Shown: positions 20,461 to 30,398, numbered from the stretch's first letter. The stretch: 64,000 bases of DNA from Verrucomicrobiales bacterium (GCA_031411295.1 JANOAV010000181.1:33446-97445); one strand, 5' to 3'. Translations and numbers: made by a program. The notes: generated by a model from the letters alone, not told the origin.

Positions 20461-21705
20461 TCAGACCTGCCGATAGTGCCGCTGGGAGGTGTAAATCCCA
20501 GATCTTCCACTGCACAGGAAGGCGGCTTCGCAGACGACGGCTGCGGGCACCAGCAAGTGCCAGCCGAAGAGTTCCCCCGCCATGATGGCGCAGGCGAGCG
20601 GGGTTTTGGCAGCGGCCGCAAAAACGGCCACGAAGCTCAAACCTGCGTAAAGCGGAACCTGCTCGTGGGTCCAGACTCCGGCGGCATGGCCCCAGGCTGC
20701 TCCAATGAAAAACAACGGGGTTACTTCACCACCTTTAAAACCGCTCCCTACCGTAACTGCCGTAAAAACCAGCTTCCCCAACCAAGCCCACGAATCCAAG
20801 CCCGCTGGGACGAATGATTGCAATATGGAAGCCCCGCCAGAGGTGGAACTGGTGACGCCCAAGCCAAGGAAATCCCGGTTGCCCGTGAGGAAGACGAGCG
20901 CAATCACCAGAGCCCCGCCGAGGACCGGACGGAATGGAGCCCAAGGAGCCAGCCTGCCACATCCCCACTGCACCAAGTGCGCGCTGCGGCCGCAGAGTTG
21001 AGCCACTAAACCGCAGCTGATTCCCAAGAGGACAAATTTCCCCAGCGCCAGCCAGGAGAAGTTCACCTCTCGGCCTGCCAACCAGTGATACTCTGTGTGA
21101 GTCATCCCCCAGGCCAGGCAGGTGTATTGACCGACGAAGCTCGCAACCAAGACCGGGAGCCACGCAGACCATTGCAGCCGGGAAATAACCACCACTTCCA
21201 GGGCAAAAACCGCGCCCGCCCACGGCGTGCCGAAGACTGCCCCGAAGCCACCGGCAATGCCAGCGAATAGCATTAAGCGTCGGGCTCGGGAGTCCAGCTT
21301 GCGCCAGCGGCTCACGCCATCCGCCAAGCTCCCTCCCATCTGCACCGCCGTGCCTTCACGGCCAGCGGAGCCTCCGCCGAGGTGGGTTAGGAGCGTGCCG
21401 AGCAGGACAAACGGAACCATCCGCAGCGGGATGGCTTCTCGCGGATGGTGGATTTCCTCCAGCAGGAAATTATTTCCGCGCCCAACCCCAAGACCATGCG
21501 CAGCATAGAGCCAGCCCACCAGTAACCCAATAACCGGGAGGGCCCAGAGGAGCCAAGGATGGGCTTGATGGAACCGGGTCGTAAGCTCCAGCAACCAAAG
21601 AAACAATGCGCTGGCACTCCCCGCCAACCCGCCCACCACCAACGCCCAACCAGCTACTTGGAGCGACTGGCGGAACGACGTGGGGGAAAGGAGCGGAACG
21701 GGCAT
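20461..21705 (-). CDS. CLC family channel/antiporter, CLC-F (fluoride exporter) clade
   Basis: GNNFL, GREGT and GEVTP signatures; multiple TM helices; likely ATG at 21705. Confidence 0.85.
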   Translation of the reverse strand: MPVPLLSPTSFRQSLQVAGWALVVGGLAGSASALFLWLLELTTRFHQAHPWLLWALPVIGLLVGWLYAAHGLGVGRGNNFLLEEIHHPREAIPLRMVPFVLLGTLLTHLGGGSAGREGTAVQMGGSLADGVSRWRKLDSRARRLMLFAGIAGGFGAVFGTPWAGAVFALEVVVISRLQWSAWLPVLVASFVGQYTCLAWGMTHTEYHWLAGREVNFSWLALGKFVLLGISCGLVAQLCGRSAHLVQWGCGRLAPWAPFRPVLGGALVIALVFLTGNRDFLGLGVTSSTSGGASILQSFVPAGLDSWAWLGKLVFTAVTVGSGFKGGEVTPLFFIGAAWGHAAGVWTHEQVPLYAGLSFVAVFAAAAKTPLACAIMAGELFGWHLLVPAAVVCEAAFLCSGRSGIYTSQRHYRQV

Positions 21706-21941
21706 GCGCTGCAGTGTGTCCTCATCTGAGCAGGTTGCAAGATTCAGCTCCGGCAAATTTTCAAATTAGCGAGCCAACATCATCAGGAGATGTAACTAGC
21801 ACAATAAGGTGAATCGCCCTACAAGGTATATGCGGGTTTCATGATAGTGTAAAAAGATGAGATAATTTTGAAACGAATTGACGCAGATTGCGAATTAATG
21901 AGTAAAGCTATTCCCTGCTAAACCTATCCCTGCCTACCATC

Positions 21942-24332
21942 ATGAATATCACAAAGCGCAAACCATCACCAGCATCAATCCTCGCAGCCACCGCGTTAAG
22001 CTTAGCGTGCTGCGCTCAGGGGCAGGAGGATGCAGCCTCGCCACCGCCCGCCAATACCGTGGAACTGGCCGAACGTCAGCAAGCCGAGGCCGCGCTCAGC
22101 CGTCTGAGTGCGAAGTCCGCCGAGTATTACAAGAATTACGCGACTCGCCCGCAAATTCGCCACACCATTTTACGTGCCCCTGAAATCTTGCTGTCCCCAG
22201 CGGAGGAGCTGGAGCAGGAGAAATCCGTTGAGCCGCCGCAACGACAGTCACGTGCGCGGACCTCACGGGCGGAATTCACGCAACCGGACGTAGTTTACTC
22301 CAAAAATGGCGTGCTGGATCTAACGCTGGAGGCGGCCTATGCTCGTAACAAGATCGGGGAGGATCCAGTGTATCTCCGAGCGTTCAACGGCAAGCTGGTC
22401 GGACCGACGCTGCGAGTCAAACCGGGAGACACCCTGCGGATCACACTGAAGAACTCCCTGTCGGGCGAGCGCTGGACCCCGAACATGATGAATACGTTGA
22501 ACGAGTTCAATACCACAAATTTGCACTATCATGGACTGCATGTTTCACCCAACGGAATCAGTGACAACGTTTTGATCCAGGTTGGTCCGCAACAAACGCA
22601 ACAGTATGAAGTTCACATCCCGCTCGACCATACCCCGGGAACCTACTGGTATCACCCGCATCGCCACGGTTCCACGGCAGGCAACGTTAGCAGTGGTATG
22701 TCTGGAGCCATTATTATCGAAGGAGGTCTGGATGAGATCCCGGAAATCAAAGCAGCCAAAGAGCGTGTCATGGTGCTGAATCAAATCCCCTACATCTATA
22801 AGAATACGTTGGATGATCCCACCAGCACCAAAGAAAACCCTAAGCCCCAGAAGAAATTTGATTTAAAAGAGGGCCGGATCGAAGCGAAGTATGCCGACTA
22901 TATTTTCAGCCCCCGCGATTGGGCCGCGCTGGGGCGATACACCACCGTCAATGGGGTGCAACTTCCAGTGATTCATCTGCGGCCCGGGCAGATTGAGCGC
23001 TGGCGCATAGTTGATAGTGGACAGCGGGAAATGATCATGCTTAAAATTATCGCTGCTCCGAAAGCCGCACCGATTGCGTCCCCGGAGATCAAGTTTCATG
23101 AGATTGCGGTGGACGGTCTGGCGCTGGGTAAAGCGGTCGAAAAATCAACCCTGGAACTCTGGCCAGGCTATCGTTCAGAGGTGCTCGTCCAAGCCCCGGC
23201 TGTTCCAGGCGAGTATTATCTGATTGATGATTCCATGACGGGAGTTGGAACCATAAGTGGGCAGGATAAGCCGCTCAGCTACGTAGCTCGGATCGTGATC
23301 GACGGGGCACCCATGGTCATGAAATGGCCCACCAACGAGCAAATGGCCCAGCTGCGCTTACCTGCCATCAAGGATGAGGAAATCACCGGTCAACAAAAAG
23401 CCCAATACGGCATTTTACTGGTGGGGCAGAAACCAAATCAAAACGTTATCTTTACCATCGATGGCAAGTCGTTCGATATGGAGACCGCTCGCACCCTTAA
23501 ACTCAAGGACGTCGAGGAATGGACCGTCAGTTCCATCAACGATGTCGGTTTGGTGACGCATCCTTTCCACATCCATGTGAATCCATTTGAGGTCACCTCC
23601 ATCATGGCACCCGTGACCACTAGTGATGGAAAAGTTATTATGGAAAATGGGCAGCCCAAAATGCAGGAACAGTTGCAAGATGGCCCGGTTTGGCGGGACA
23701 CGGTGAAAATCCCCGGAGGAGGATTTGTCAAGTTACGGACCCGCTATACCGATTTCATCGGAACCTTTGTCCAGCACTGCCACATTTTAGACCATGAAGA
23801 TCAGGGGATGATGCAGTTGATCGATATTGTGCGGAAATTGCCCAAGACGGCGGACAATTTACCCAAGCCCCCGGGCGTCGGTTCCGTGGCTGCCGACTTC
23901 TCGCTGCCGGATGCCAATGGGAAGATGCATTCGCTCCAGGAAATGCAGGACAAACCGGTGGTGCTATTTTTCTTCAAAGGCCATGGTTGCCTGCATTGCG
24001 CGCAGCAAGTCACCGCTTTCATGGATCACTATGCCGCATTTGCTGAGCACGGTATCAGCCTCATCGGCGTGACCTCCGACAGTGCAGACACTTTGATGCG
24101 CGCCTTGGCTGATTCACCCGCTCCATTTATGATCCTGGCGGATCCACAGGGCGTCGCGTTCAGCCAGTATGGCTGCGCTGCAAAAGGCGGATTGTTGCAC
24201 GGAACCTTTGCCTTGAACGCCGATCACAAGGTCGCTTGGCGCACGATCGGGGCCTCCCCTTACCTGGGGGTTCAAGATCTCATTGGAAAACTCGCTCCTA
24301 ATCCGAACCTCGGACCGCAAACAGAAAAATAG
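21942..24332 (+). CDS. Multicopper oxidase with C-terminal AhpC/TSA-like redoxin domain
   Basis: HYHG, WYHPH, HPFHIH and HCHILDHEDQGMM copper motifs; tail AADFSLPDANGKMHSL...VVLFFFKGHGCLHC; signal peptide. Confidence 0.9.
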   Translation: MNITKRKPSPASILAATALSLACCAQGQEDAASPPPANTVELAERQQAEAALSRLSAKSAEYYKNYATRPQIRHTILRAPEILLSPAEELEQEKSVEPPQRQSRARTSRAEFTQPDVVYSKNGVLDLTLEAAYARNKIGEDPVYLRAFNGKLVGPTLRVKPGDTLRITLKNSLSGERWTPNMMNTLNEFNTTNLHYHGLHVSPNGISDNVLIQVGPQQTQQYEVHIPLDHTPGTYWYHPHRHGSTAGNVSSGMSGAIIIEGGLDEIPEIKAAKERVMVLNQIPYIYKNTLDDPTSTKENPKPQKKFDLKEGRIEAKYADYIFSPRDWAALGRYTTVNGVQLPVIHLRPGQIERWRIVDSGQREMIMLKIIAAPKAAPIASPEIKFHEIAVDGLALGKAVEKSTLELWPGYRSEVLVQAPAVPGEYYLIDDSMTGVGTISGQDKPLSYVARIVIDGAPMVMKWPTNEQMAQLRLPAIKDEEITGQQKAQYGILLVGQKPNQNVIFTIDGKSFDMETARTLKLKDVEEWTVSSINDVGLVTHPFHIHVNPFEVTSIMAPVTTSDGKVIMENGQPKMQEQLQDGPVWRDTVKIPGGGFVKLRTRYTDFIGTFVQHCHILDHEDQGMMQLIDIVRKLPKTADNLPKPPGVGSVAADFSLPDANGKMHSLQEMQDKPVVLFFFKGHGCLHCAQQVTAFMDHYAAFAEHGISLIGVTSDSADTLMRALADSPAPFMILADPQGVAFSQYGCAAKGGLLHGTFALNADHKVAWRTIGASPYLGVQDLIGKLAPNPNLGPQTEK

Positions 24333-24366
24333 ACCCAGAGGCACCACCACCAACAGCACCATCCTC

Positions 24367-25053
24367 ATGACTGAAGAATATATCATTGCCATTCCGATTT
24401 ACCACGACGTGGACCTAATGGACCTCGCTGCCCCCTTTGAAATTTTTCAATGGATGGCAGGAAATTGGCAGGAAAAACAGGTGCAAGTTTATCTGGTGGC
24501 GGAAACGTCGTCGCTCGTGAGCACCCGCGGTGGCGGAGCGGTTCCCGGCATTCTGCTCCAGCCCCATATGGTTTTCGACGAAGTGCCGCACGTTGATTTA
24601 CTCTGGATTCCGGGAGGTGCGCCAGATGCCTTGGTCGAACAGATGAAGAATCCAGCGTATATTGACTTCATCCGTTCCCGGAGTCAGCACGCCCAGTATG
24701 TAACCTCTGTCTGCGAAGGAGCCTTGATTGCCGCTGATGCGGGACTCTTGGACGGTTATAAAGCCACCACGCATTGGGGATTCATTGAGTGCCTGCGCCA
24801 GAACTACCCTGCGGTGCAGGTCAGCGAAGGGTATCCTCGATTCGTTCATGATCGCAATCGGGTTACCGGCGGCGGCATTTCTTCGGGACTGGATGAAGCC
24901 ATCTACCTGGTTCAACTTATCGCAGGCCAGGAAATCGCCAAGGCGGTGCAAGTGGTAATGCAATATTTCCCCAGCCCGCCAGTTAACGGAACCATCACTC
25001 CCGCCACTGGCTGCATGCTCGCAGGGCAAATTCCAGTCAATAAAACACGATAA
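24367..25053 (+). CDS. DJ-1/PfpI family protein (isocyanide hydratase-like)
   Basis: Likely start MTEEY; LWIPGG, SVCEGA nucleophile Cys, ATTHW, TGGGISSGLD. Confidence 0.85.
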   Translation: MTEEYIIAIPIYHDVDLMDLAAPFEIFQWMAGNWQEKQVQVYLVAETSSLVSTRGGGAVPGILLQPHMVFDEVPHVDLLWIPGGAPDALVEQMKNPAYIDFIRSRSQHAQYVTSVCEGALIAADAGLLDGYKATTHWGFIECLRQNYPAVQVSEGYPRFVHDRNRVTGGGISSGLDEAIYLVQLIAGQEIAKAVQVVMQYFPSPPVNGTITPATGCMLAGQIPVNKTR

Positions 25054-25099
25054 TCCTGCTCTCAGCCGACTCTACACTAACACCAACCAAAACACACCT

Positions 25100-26578
25100 A
25101 TGATCACCCGCCGAACCACCCTCAAAACCTTGGCCACAGGCATCGTCACTGCCTGCTCAGGCCAGGCCATATTTGCGCAGAACAAGTTGCGCGTCCGCCG
25201 TAATCTGCACGGCATGGCCCTGAATGATCCCGATTTGGCGACCTATCGCGACTTCGTTGGCGTCATGAAGTCCTACGATCAAACCAAGCCGCTGAGCTGG
25301 CTGGGATTCTCTTTGCAGCACGGCTCTCTGAACAATGGGGTCAAGTTTTGTCCTCATGGAGATTGGTATTTTCTCCCTTGACATCGCGCCTACGTTTTGA
25401 TGTATGAGCAGGCCGCGCAAGTGATCATGAACGCCCCAGAGTTCGCGATGCCCTATTGGGACTGGACTGCTGATCGCGATTACCCTGAAGCTTTTAGCGA
25501 CAAGCTCTACAATGGCAAACCCAATCCCCTCTATGTGCCTAATCGCAATAAGCTCGTTTCTCCCAACGATTTATCGGATGGCGTGGTTGGGCCGAACGTC
25601 ATGAAAGCGATCTATCGCGAAACTGACTTTGAGGCTTTCGGAACGAGTCGTCCGAAGGACTCAAGCGGTCAGGTCCAGAACGATCTGAATCCCAAGTGGG
25701 TGCCCATGGGCGGGGGCACCCAGGGGCCGCTGGAGAATCCGCCGCACAACCAAGTGCACAACCGCATCGGGGCCTTTATGCCAACATGGGCTTCTCCCCG
25801 AGACCCAATCTTCTTTATGCACCATGGCAACATTGACCGCATCTGGGCACAATGGAATGCGCTTGGACGAAAAAATTCATCTGATTCATTATGGTTGGAC
25901 ATGCCTTTCACGGACAACTACATCGACCCCAATGGGCAGACTTACGCCAAAGTTGTGAAGGATCTCCAAAATACCGCTGACTTTGGATACACCTATCCCA
26001 ACTTGCCGGGTCCGGATGGAATTGTGCCGCATCCAGACCGGGTCAGCGCCATGCTGGCGATGCACAAAACGAATATTGGAACCAAGATTGCAGGGGTCCA
26101 GCGAGTTACGGGCGGAACCAAGCTTCGGGCGATGGCCGTGCAGTCACTGACAGCGTCCCATGCGATGGAAGCGGGTTCACTAGATAAGGTGATCGCTCCG
26201 CTCAAAGCAGGTGAGAGGCAAAAGGAAGTATTCGCCCGGATCCTCGGCATTGAGCTTGCTGAAGGGGTGAGCCATGTCAGGGTTTTCATCAACAAAGATG
26301 GCCTCACCTTGGATACACCGGAAACGGATCCGAGTTTTGTCAGTGTGATCTCATTTCTCTCCCATCGGAGCAATGCCTTGAACGCGGCGGACCACGATGC
26401 CACGATGCCCAAACACTCGTCACTCATCAATCTAACCGAAACCATCCAGGCCCTGGGCATCAAGCAATTCGATAAGGACACCATCCATGTTCAACTCCAG
26501 CCGGTGCCCAACCCCGGGGTCCTCATCGATCAGGTCGGAGCGGTTTCGGTCGATTCCATCGAAATTGTCGTTATCTAG
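25100..26578 (+). pseudogene. Tat-exported tyrosinase/polyphenol oxidase interrupted by an in-frame TGA at 25379-25381
   Basis: ORFs 25100-25381 and 25397-26578 share a frame; the join reads CPHGDWYFLP*HRAY (canonical FLPWHR); PYWDW, PHNQVH, DPIFFMHHGNIDRIW; MITRRTTL Tat leader. Confidence 0.85.
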
Positions 26579-26587
26579 AACCTCAAG

Positions 26588-27160
26588 GTGTCCAACAACT
26601 TCAGCCAGTTCCGAAGCGAGATGGCACTTGTGATCCGACACCCAGCCAGCTTAGGGTTACTCTTGTTCCTGGTAACCTGTCCGCTGCTGGGCTGTCGGCC
26701 CGCTGAGGTGGGCTCATCACCCAAACCGTCGGTCCCAACGCCCATCGAAACTGAAGCTGAAATGCACACTGCCACCCCTGCCAAACCGGCCCGCTGGTCA
26801 CTCAAAGTTAACGCCGCAGATCTAGCCGCGCTGCAGAGTGGAACCAAGCGCTTGGTCGTCATCGTGGAGGCTTACACGCCACCAGCCGGGAGTGCGGGGG
26901 AACTCATCGTTATACTGGCTCCCACAGATCAATCCAAGCGCCAGGAACTCTGGCGCATTGGATTGCATCCGCATACGGCTTTCGATGCCAAAGCTCAATC
27001 GGGCGTCGCTAAAAAATTCTTAATGCCCATCGAGGAATTCGCAGCATTTGCAGATGGGGAGGAATTGAAATTGGAAATCGCATTTCCGCCACCTATCTCC
27101 CCATCAAGTGCGGGGGCCGCTACCATCAAAGTTGAGTTAATCGATCCGAAGCAACGCTAA
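26588..27160 (+). CDS. Hypothetical lipoprotein-like protein
   Basis: Follows the tyrosinase stop by 9 nt; hydrophobic leader ending LLGC; start may be the ATG at 26621. Confidence 0.6.
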   Translation: MSNNFSQFRSEMALVIRHPASLGLLLFLVTCPLLGCRPAEVGSSPKPSVPTPIETEAEMHTATPAKPARWSLKVNAADLAALQSGTKRLVVIVEAYTPPAGSAGELIVILAPTDQSKRQELWRIGLHPHTAFDAKAQSGVAKKFLMPIEEFAAFADGEELKLEIAFPPPISPSSAGAATIKVELIDPKQR

Positions 27161-27235
27161 ACACAGTCAACGAACCACACGTGTCGAGTCGCAAATCCGC
27201 TCTGGTAAAATTTCCAGAATGCGTTAAGCAGGGAC

Positions 27236-27694
27236 ATGCGGATATCGAAGAAAGCAGAATATGCCTTGCGTGCCATGGTGGCGCTGGCGCGGAAGCCCAT
27301 GGGGACTACTTGGCTCATCGAAGACATTTCGGAGGCTGAGCGGGTTCCTGTGAAGTTTTTGGAAGCCATCTTGTTGGAATTACGACGCGCGGACTTACTC
27401 CGCAGCCGGCGTGGGGTGGGGGGCGGCTATCAGTTGCAGCGCAACCCGGCGGACATTCCGCTGGGAGAAATTATCCGCATTATTGATGGCACGTTTGAGC
27501 CGATTTCCTGCACCCCGGGCGATCCCGAGAAATTTGGCCGCCAGTCCTGTGAATGCGGGCAGGTTGGCGGCTGTGGTTTAGGGAAGATCTTTTGTGAATT
27601 GCAAAAGGAGGTTTACAGCTTCCTGCAGCGTAACACCGTGGCGGATGTCGTCGCTCGGGAGGCCAAGCCAGCGGATATCTCGTTCGAAATCTAA
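27236..27694 (+). CDS. Rrf2 family transcriptional regulator
   Basis: MRISKKAEYALRAM, FLEAILLEL, SRRGVGGGYQL; Cys-rich C-terminal segment (possible Fe-S ligands). Confidence 0.9.
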   Translation: MRISKKAEYALRAMVALARKPMGTTWLIEDISEAERVPVKFLEAILLELRRADLLRSRRGVGGGYQLQRNPADIPLGEIIRIIDGTFEPISCTPGDPEKFGRQSCECGQVGGCGLGKIFCELQKEVYSFLQRNTVADVVAREAKPADISFEI

Positions 27695-27704
27695 GCGCCC
27701 AAGT

Positions 27705-27923
27705 TCACAAGCCCACGGCCACATGGGTGGGCCGGTGCGGAGGCGTCACCTGGATCGCTTTGTGCTCGATTTTACCCAACACTTGGTGATCGTGCTCCAC
27801 CTCATGCTCCAGTTTTTCGAGCTTCTCGTGTTCCGCTCGCAGCAGGGTTTCGAGGGCCTCGATCCGGCGGGTGAGTTGTTGGATTACAGGATGTCCGGCT
27901 AGATCTAATTCAGTTGGATTCAT
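27705..27923 (-). CDS. Small hypothetical coiled-coil, His-rich protein
   Basis: ATG at 27923 preceded by the RBS-like AAGAAAGG; IQQLTRRIEALETLLRAEHEKLEKLEHEVEHDH. Confidence 0.55.
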   Translation of the reverse strand: MNPTELDLAGHPVIQQLTRRIEALETLLRAEHEKLEKLEHEVEHDHQVLGKIEHKAIQVTPPHRPTHVAVGL

Positions 27924-28009
27924 AACGGTTCCTTTCTTGATTGTGGTTATTTCCTTGGGGGATGCCACATTTTTACCACAAGAGAAGCTTTGCGGGAAGT
28001 AAAATCGAA

Positions 28010-29923
28010 TTATTGGTCGATCAAGGCGGGCTGCGGAGGTCGGGGCGCGGCGGGCTTCGGCGGTGCTGGTCCTCCGGCATCAGGTCCGCGCCCGCCGGAA
28101 GGTGATTCAGCATTTTCAAAATCGAATCCTGACACTTCCAACTGTTTCGTTAGTTCTGCCACCTTTTTTTCCAAGGCCTCGTTGCGGGTGCGCAGAATTT
28201 CCAGTTCTCCACGCCTTTCTCCTTTGCGGTATCGTTCCAATTCAGACTTTAGCATTTCCTTCTCCGCCTTGATTCCCTCAATGGTGACTTCGTAAGTGGC
28301 GATGCGGTCCCGAAGGGGCTTAACGTCGGCAGTTAGTTGGGTGATCTCGCGTCTCAGCGTGGCGATCGTGGTCCCATTTTCATCAATGATGGTTTCCAGT
28401 TGTGTGATTTTCTTTAAGAGAGGCGTGGTAGTTGCGGAATCCGTCACGATTGCAGTGGGTGCGGTGGTCTGCGGTGGTGCTGGGCGCGGCCAGAAGTAGC
28501 ATGCAGTGGCACCCGCTATGACGCCTGCGCATGCGGCAAGCCATGGCTTGCTGGGCTTAGGGGGCGGGACGTTAGTGATATCAGGGACAGAAGGGACGAG
28601 GTCGTCTGGCGTTAGCGCGGTATAAATTTTTCCCTCCTGGGTCTGGTAAATGGAAACACGCTCGCCTGTTAGCGGATGTGGTGCCAGCCATTCCTTCACT
28701 GGCCAATACGGTAGGATGGTGGCGGCACTGGCTTTCCAGACGAGGTTCTTTTGGTTGGGCTTTAGTTCCGTGGCCCGATACTGGGTGCGCGTTCCGTCTG
28801 GCAAAGTCACTTCACTTTCCGAGAGCTGCTGGGTATCTTGGCGGTTGGGGAATGCTGGCGCCTTCCAGTTATCTAACAGGGAGGCTTCGCGCAGTTTTAA
28901 CGTCTGCGCATCTAGCATGAACCACGCGGTTCGGTTGGTTGCAGTTACTCCCATAGGTCCCTCTTGTCCCGTAGGTCCCGTAGGTCCTTGGGAAATAATC
29001 GGCACCAGATAAAAATCATCCCGTGGGTCATCGGGATCTTTCACCAGAATAGGCTCGCCCGGCTGTCCACCTTCCAACGCAGCCTGCCAGTCTGCTGGTG
29101 ACTCTGCGCGGCCATACAGTCCGTGTTCCAACGCTTGCGGCAGGGCTGCTTCGGCGGGTGATGCATACGCTGCAGCAGCAGCCACTGCGGCGGCTCCAGC
29201 GATGCCTTTTCCGCTTGTCCCTAACTTGACAGCGGCGGCGGTGCTAACTTCAGCAGGCATCAACGCGATGGCCCCCCGGCCTTCCCAGTCCGGCGTGCCT
29301 TGCAGGCCGCGTGGGCTCAGCAGTTCGTCCAGTGCCAAGTAGCGTTCATGCACGGTGCCAGCTTGATGGTCGGACTGCAGGCAGGTGCAGGCACCCTGAA
29401 CGCTACTGTGGGTAAACGTTGTTTTCTCTGGATAAATGGACAGTCCGAAAAACGCAGGCATTCCTGCCCAAGCGGGATCCCGCAGCAGCACTCCGGCAGG
29501 AGTCCCGTCCTCCTTCAGCATTCGTCCGAACGCCACCACCCAATGCATTCCTTTGCTAATCAGCATCAACGCTGGTTGCCCTGCTTGCTGGATGGAACGC
29601 AGCACGAGTTCGGCTATGGGGGCGGGTTCGGGATCAAAGAACTTCTTCCAATTCCGGCCGCTTTGTTTCACTAGCAACGTCAGTAAACTCTCCGCTGGCG
29701 ACTTGATGGGGCGCTTGTCGCTGGATTCTTTGGCGTATTCCCGAATGCTGCGGAACAGCTGCGGCTGGCCTGCCATAGGCTTTGCAAGCTGCGAGCCTGT
29801 AGAGTTAGGATCAGTCTGATCTAGCACCATCATGGCACACGCCGGCCCACAGTAACCGTTGTAGTCCTGTAGGTGGCGCGGGATGGCGAGCTTGATAGCT
29901 CCAGTAGTAATCGTTTCCGGCAT
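28010..29923 (-). CDS. Membrane-anchored protein with N-terminal C39-like cysteine peptidase domain and C-terminal coiled coil
   Basis: HLQDYNGYCGPACAMMVL (Q..C), MHWVVAFG (H), LRDPAW (D); TM segment WLAACAGVIAGATACYFW. Confidence 0.65.
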   Translation of the reverse strand: MPETITTGAIKLAIPRHLQDYNGYCGPACAMMVLDQTDPNSTGSQLAKPMAGQPQLFRSIREYAKESSDKRPIKSPAESLLTLLVKQSGRNWKKFFDPEPAPIAELVLRSIQQAGQPALMLISKGMHWVVAFGRMLKEDGTPAGVLLRDPAWAGMPAFFGLSIYPEKTTFTHSSVQGACTCLQSDHQAGTVHERYLALDELLSPRGLQGTPDWEGRGAIALMPAEVSTAAAVKLGTSGKGIAGAAAVAAAAAYASPAEAALPQALEHGLYGRAESPADWQAALEGGQPGEPILVKDPDDPRDDFYLVPIISQGPTGPTGQEGPMGVTATNRTAWFMLDAQTLKLREASLLDNWKAPAFPNRQDTQQLSESEVTLPDGTRTQYRATELKPNQKNLVWKASAATILPYWPVKEWLAPHPLTGERVSIYQTQEGKIYTALTPDDLVPSVPDITNVPPPKPSKPWLAACAGVIAGATACYFWPRPAPPQTTAPTAIVTDSATTTPLLKKITQLETIIDENGTTIATLRREITQLTADVKPLRDRIATYEVTIEGIKAEKEMLKSELERYRKGERRGELEILRTRNEALEKKVAELTKQLEVSGFDFENAESPSGGRGPDAGGPAPPKPAAPRPPQPALIDQ

Positions 29924-29977
29924 GATGGCTAGTAAATAAAAGTTGTAGAACAGCTTAGAATCTCTGACTACAGTTTC

Positions 29978-30008
29978 CCTACTGGGACAGATGAGCTGTC
30001 CCAGTAGG
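29978..30008 (-). other. Perfect 13-bp stem-loop downstream of the 119-aa gene
   Basis: CCTACTGGGACAG-ATGAG-CTGTCCCAGTAGG; no U-tract on the minus strand. Confidence 0.7.
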
Positions 30009-30028
30009 TTGACCGAAATGGCTGACAG

Positions 30029-30388
30029 TTATATGGGGCGTGGCCAGGTGGATGGTCCAACCGAACCACCACCTCCTCCTGCAAGTCCATCCGCCGCCGT
30101 GTAGAAATACTCCAGCAGCGAAAGAAAGGTATCGTTGAATTCCTGATTCACTGACGTGCTCCGTAGAGTTTCGATGGCCTCCAGCACGGTGATTACGTGC
30201 TCTCCACAGAGTTCTTTGAATGCTTCTTCGCTGGTGTTTTTACCCACGGCATCCAGCAATGATTCGCTGACGCCATTTAATGCATCACAAGCAGAGAGAG
30301 CAGTGGCTTTGTCTGCTGCGGTGGAGCGGTTGATGTAAAAGCGTAGAGCTGTGGTGCAGCCTACGAACGTGTATAATCTTTGTATCAT
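30029..30388 (-). CDS. Hypothetical 119-aa protein with a Gly5-linked short C-terminal peptide
   Basis: Starts 10 nt after the GT25 stop; ends ...DGLAGGGGGSVGPSTWPRPI. Confidence 0.65.
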   Translation of the reverse strand: MIQRLYTFVGCTTALRFYINRSTAADKATALSACDALNGVSESLLDAVGKNTSEEAFKELCGEHVITVLEAIETLRSTSVNQEFNDTFLSLLEYFYTAADGLAGGGGGSVGPSTWPRPI

Positions 30389-30398
30389 GGTATGTTAG

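Noticed and set aside
21706..21941. Fluoride riboswitch upstream of the CLC gene
   Set aside because: No match to the conserved GGnGAUGRnGUYCnCC...CUrAUGrC pattern visible on the minus strand.
25379..25381. Genome-wide UGA reassignment or selenocysteine at the tyrosinase TGA
   Set aside because: Many genes here end at TGA at family-typical C-termini (3210, 5241, ATGA overlaps at 6388 and 7156); the position is a conserved Trp, not Cys, and no convincing SECIS-like hairpin follows.
28955..28995. Collagen-like GPTGPTGQEGPMG as a substrate for the neighbouring GT25
   Set aside because: Only four triplets and no Lys acceptor; too short for a triple helix.
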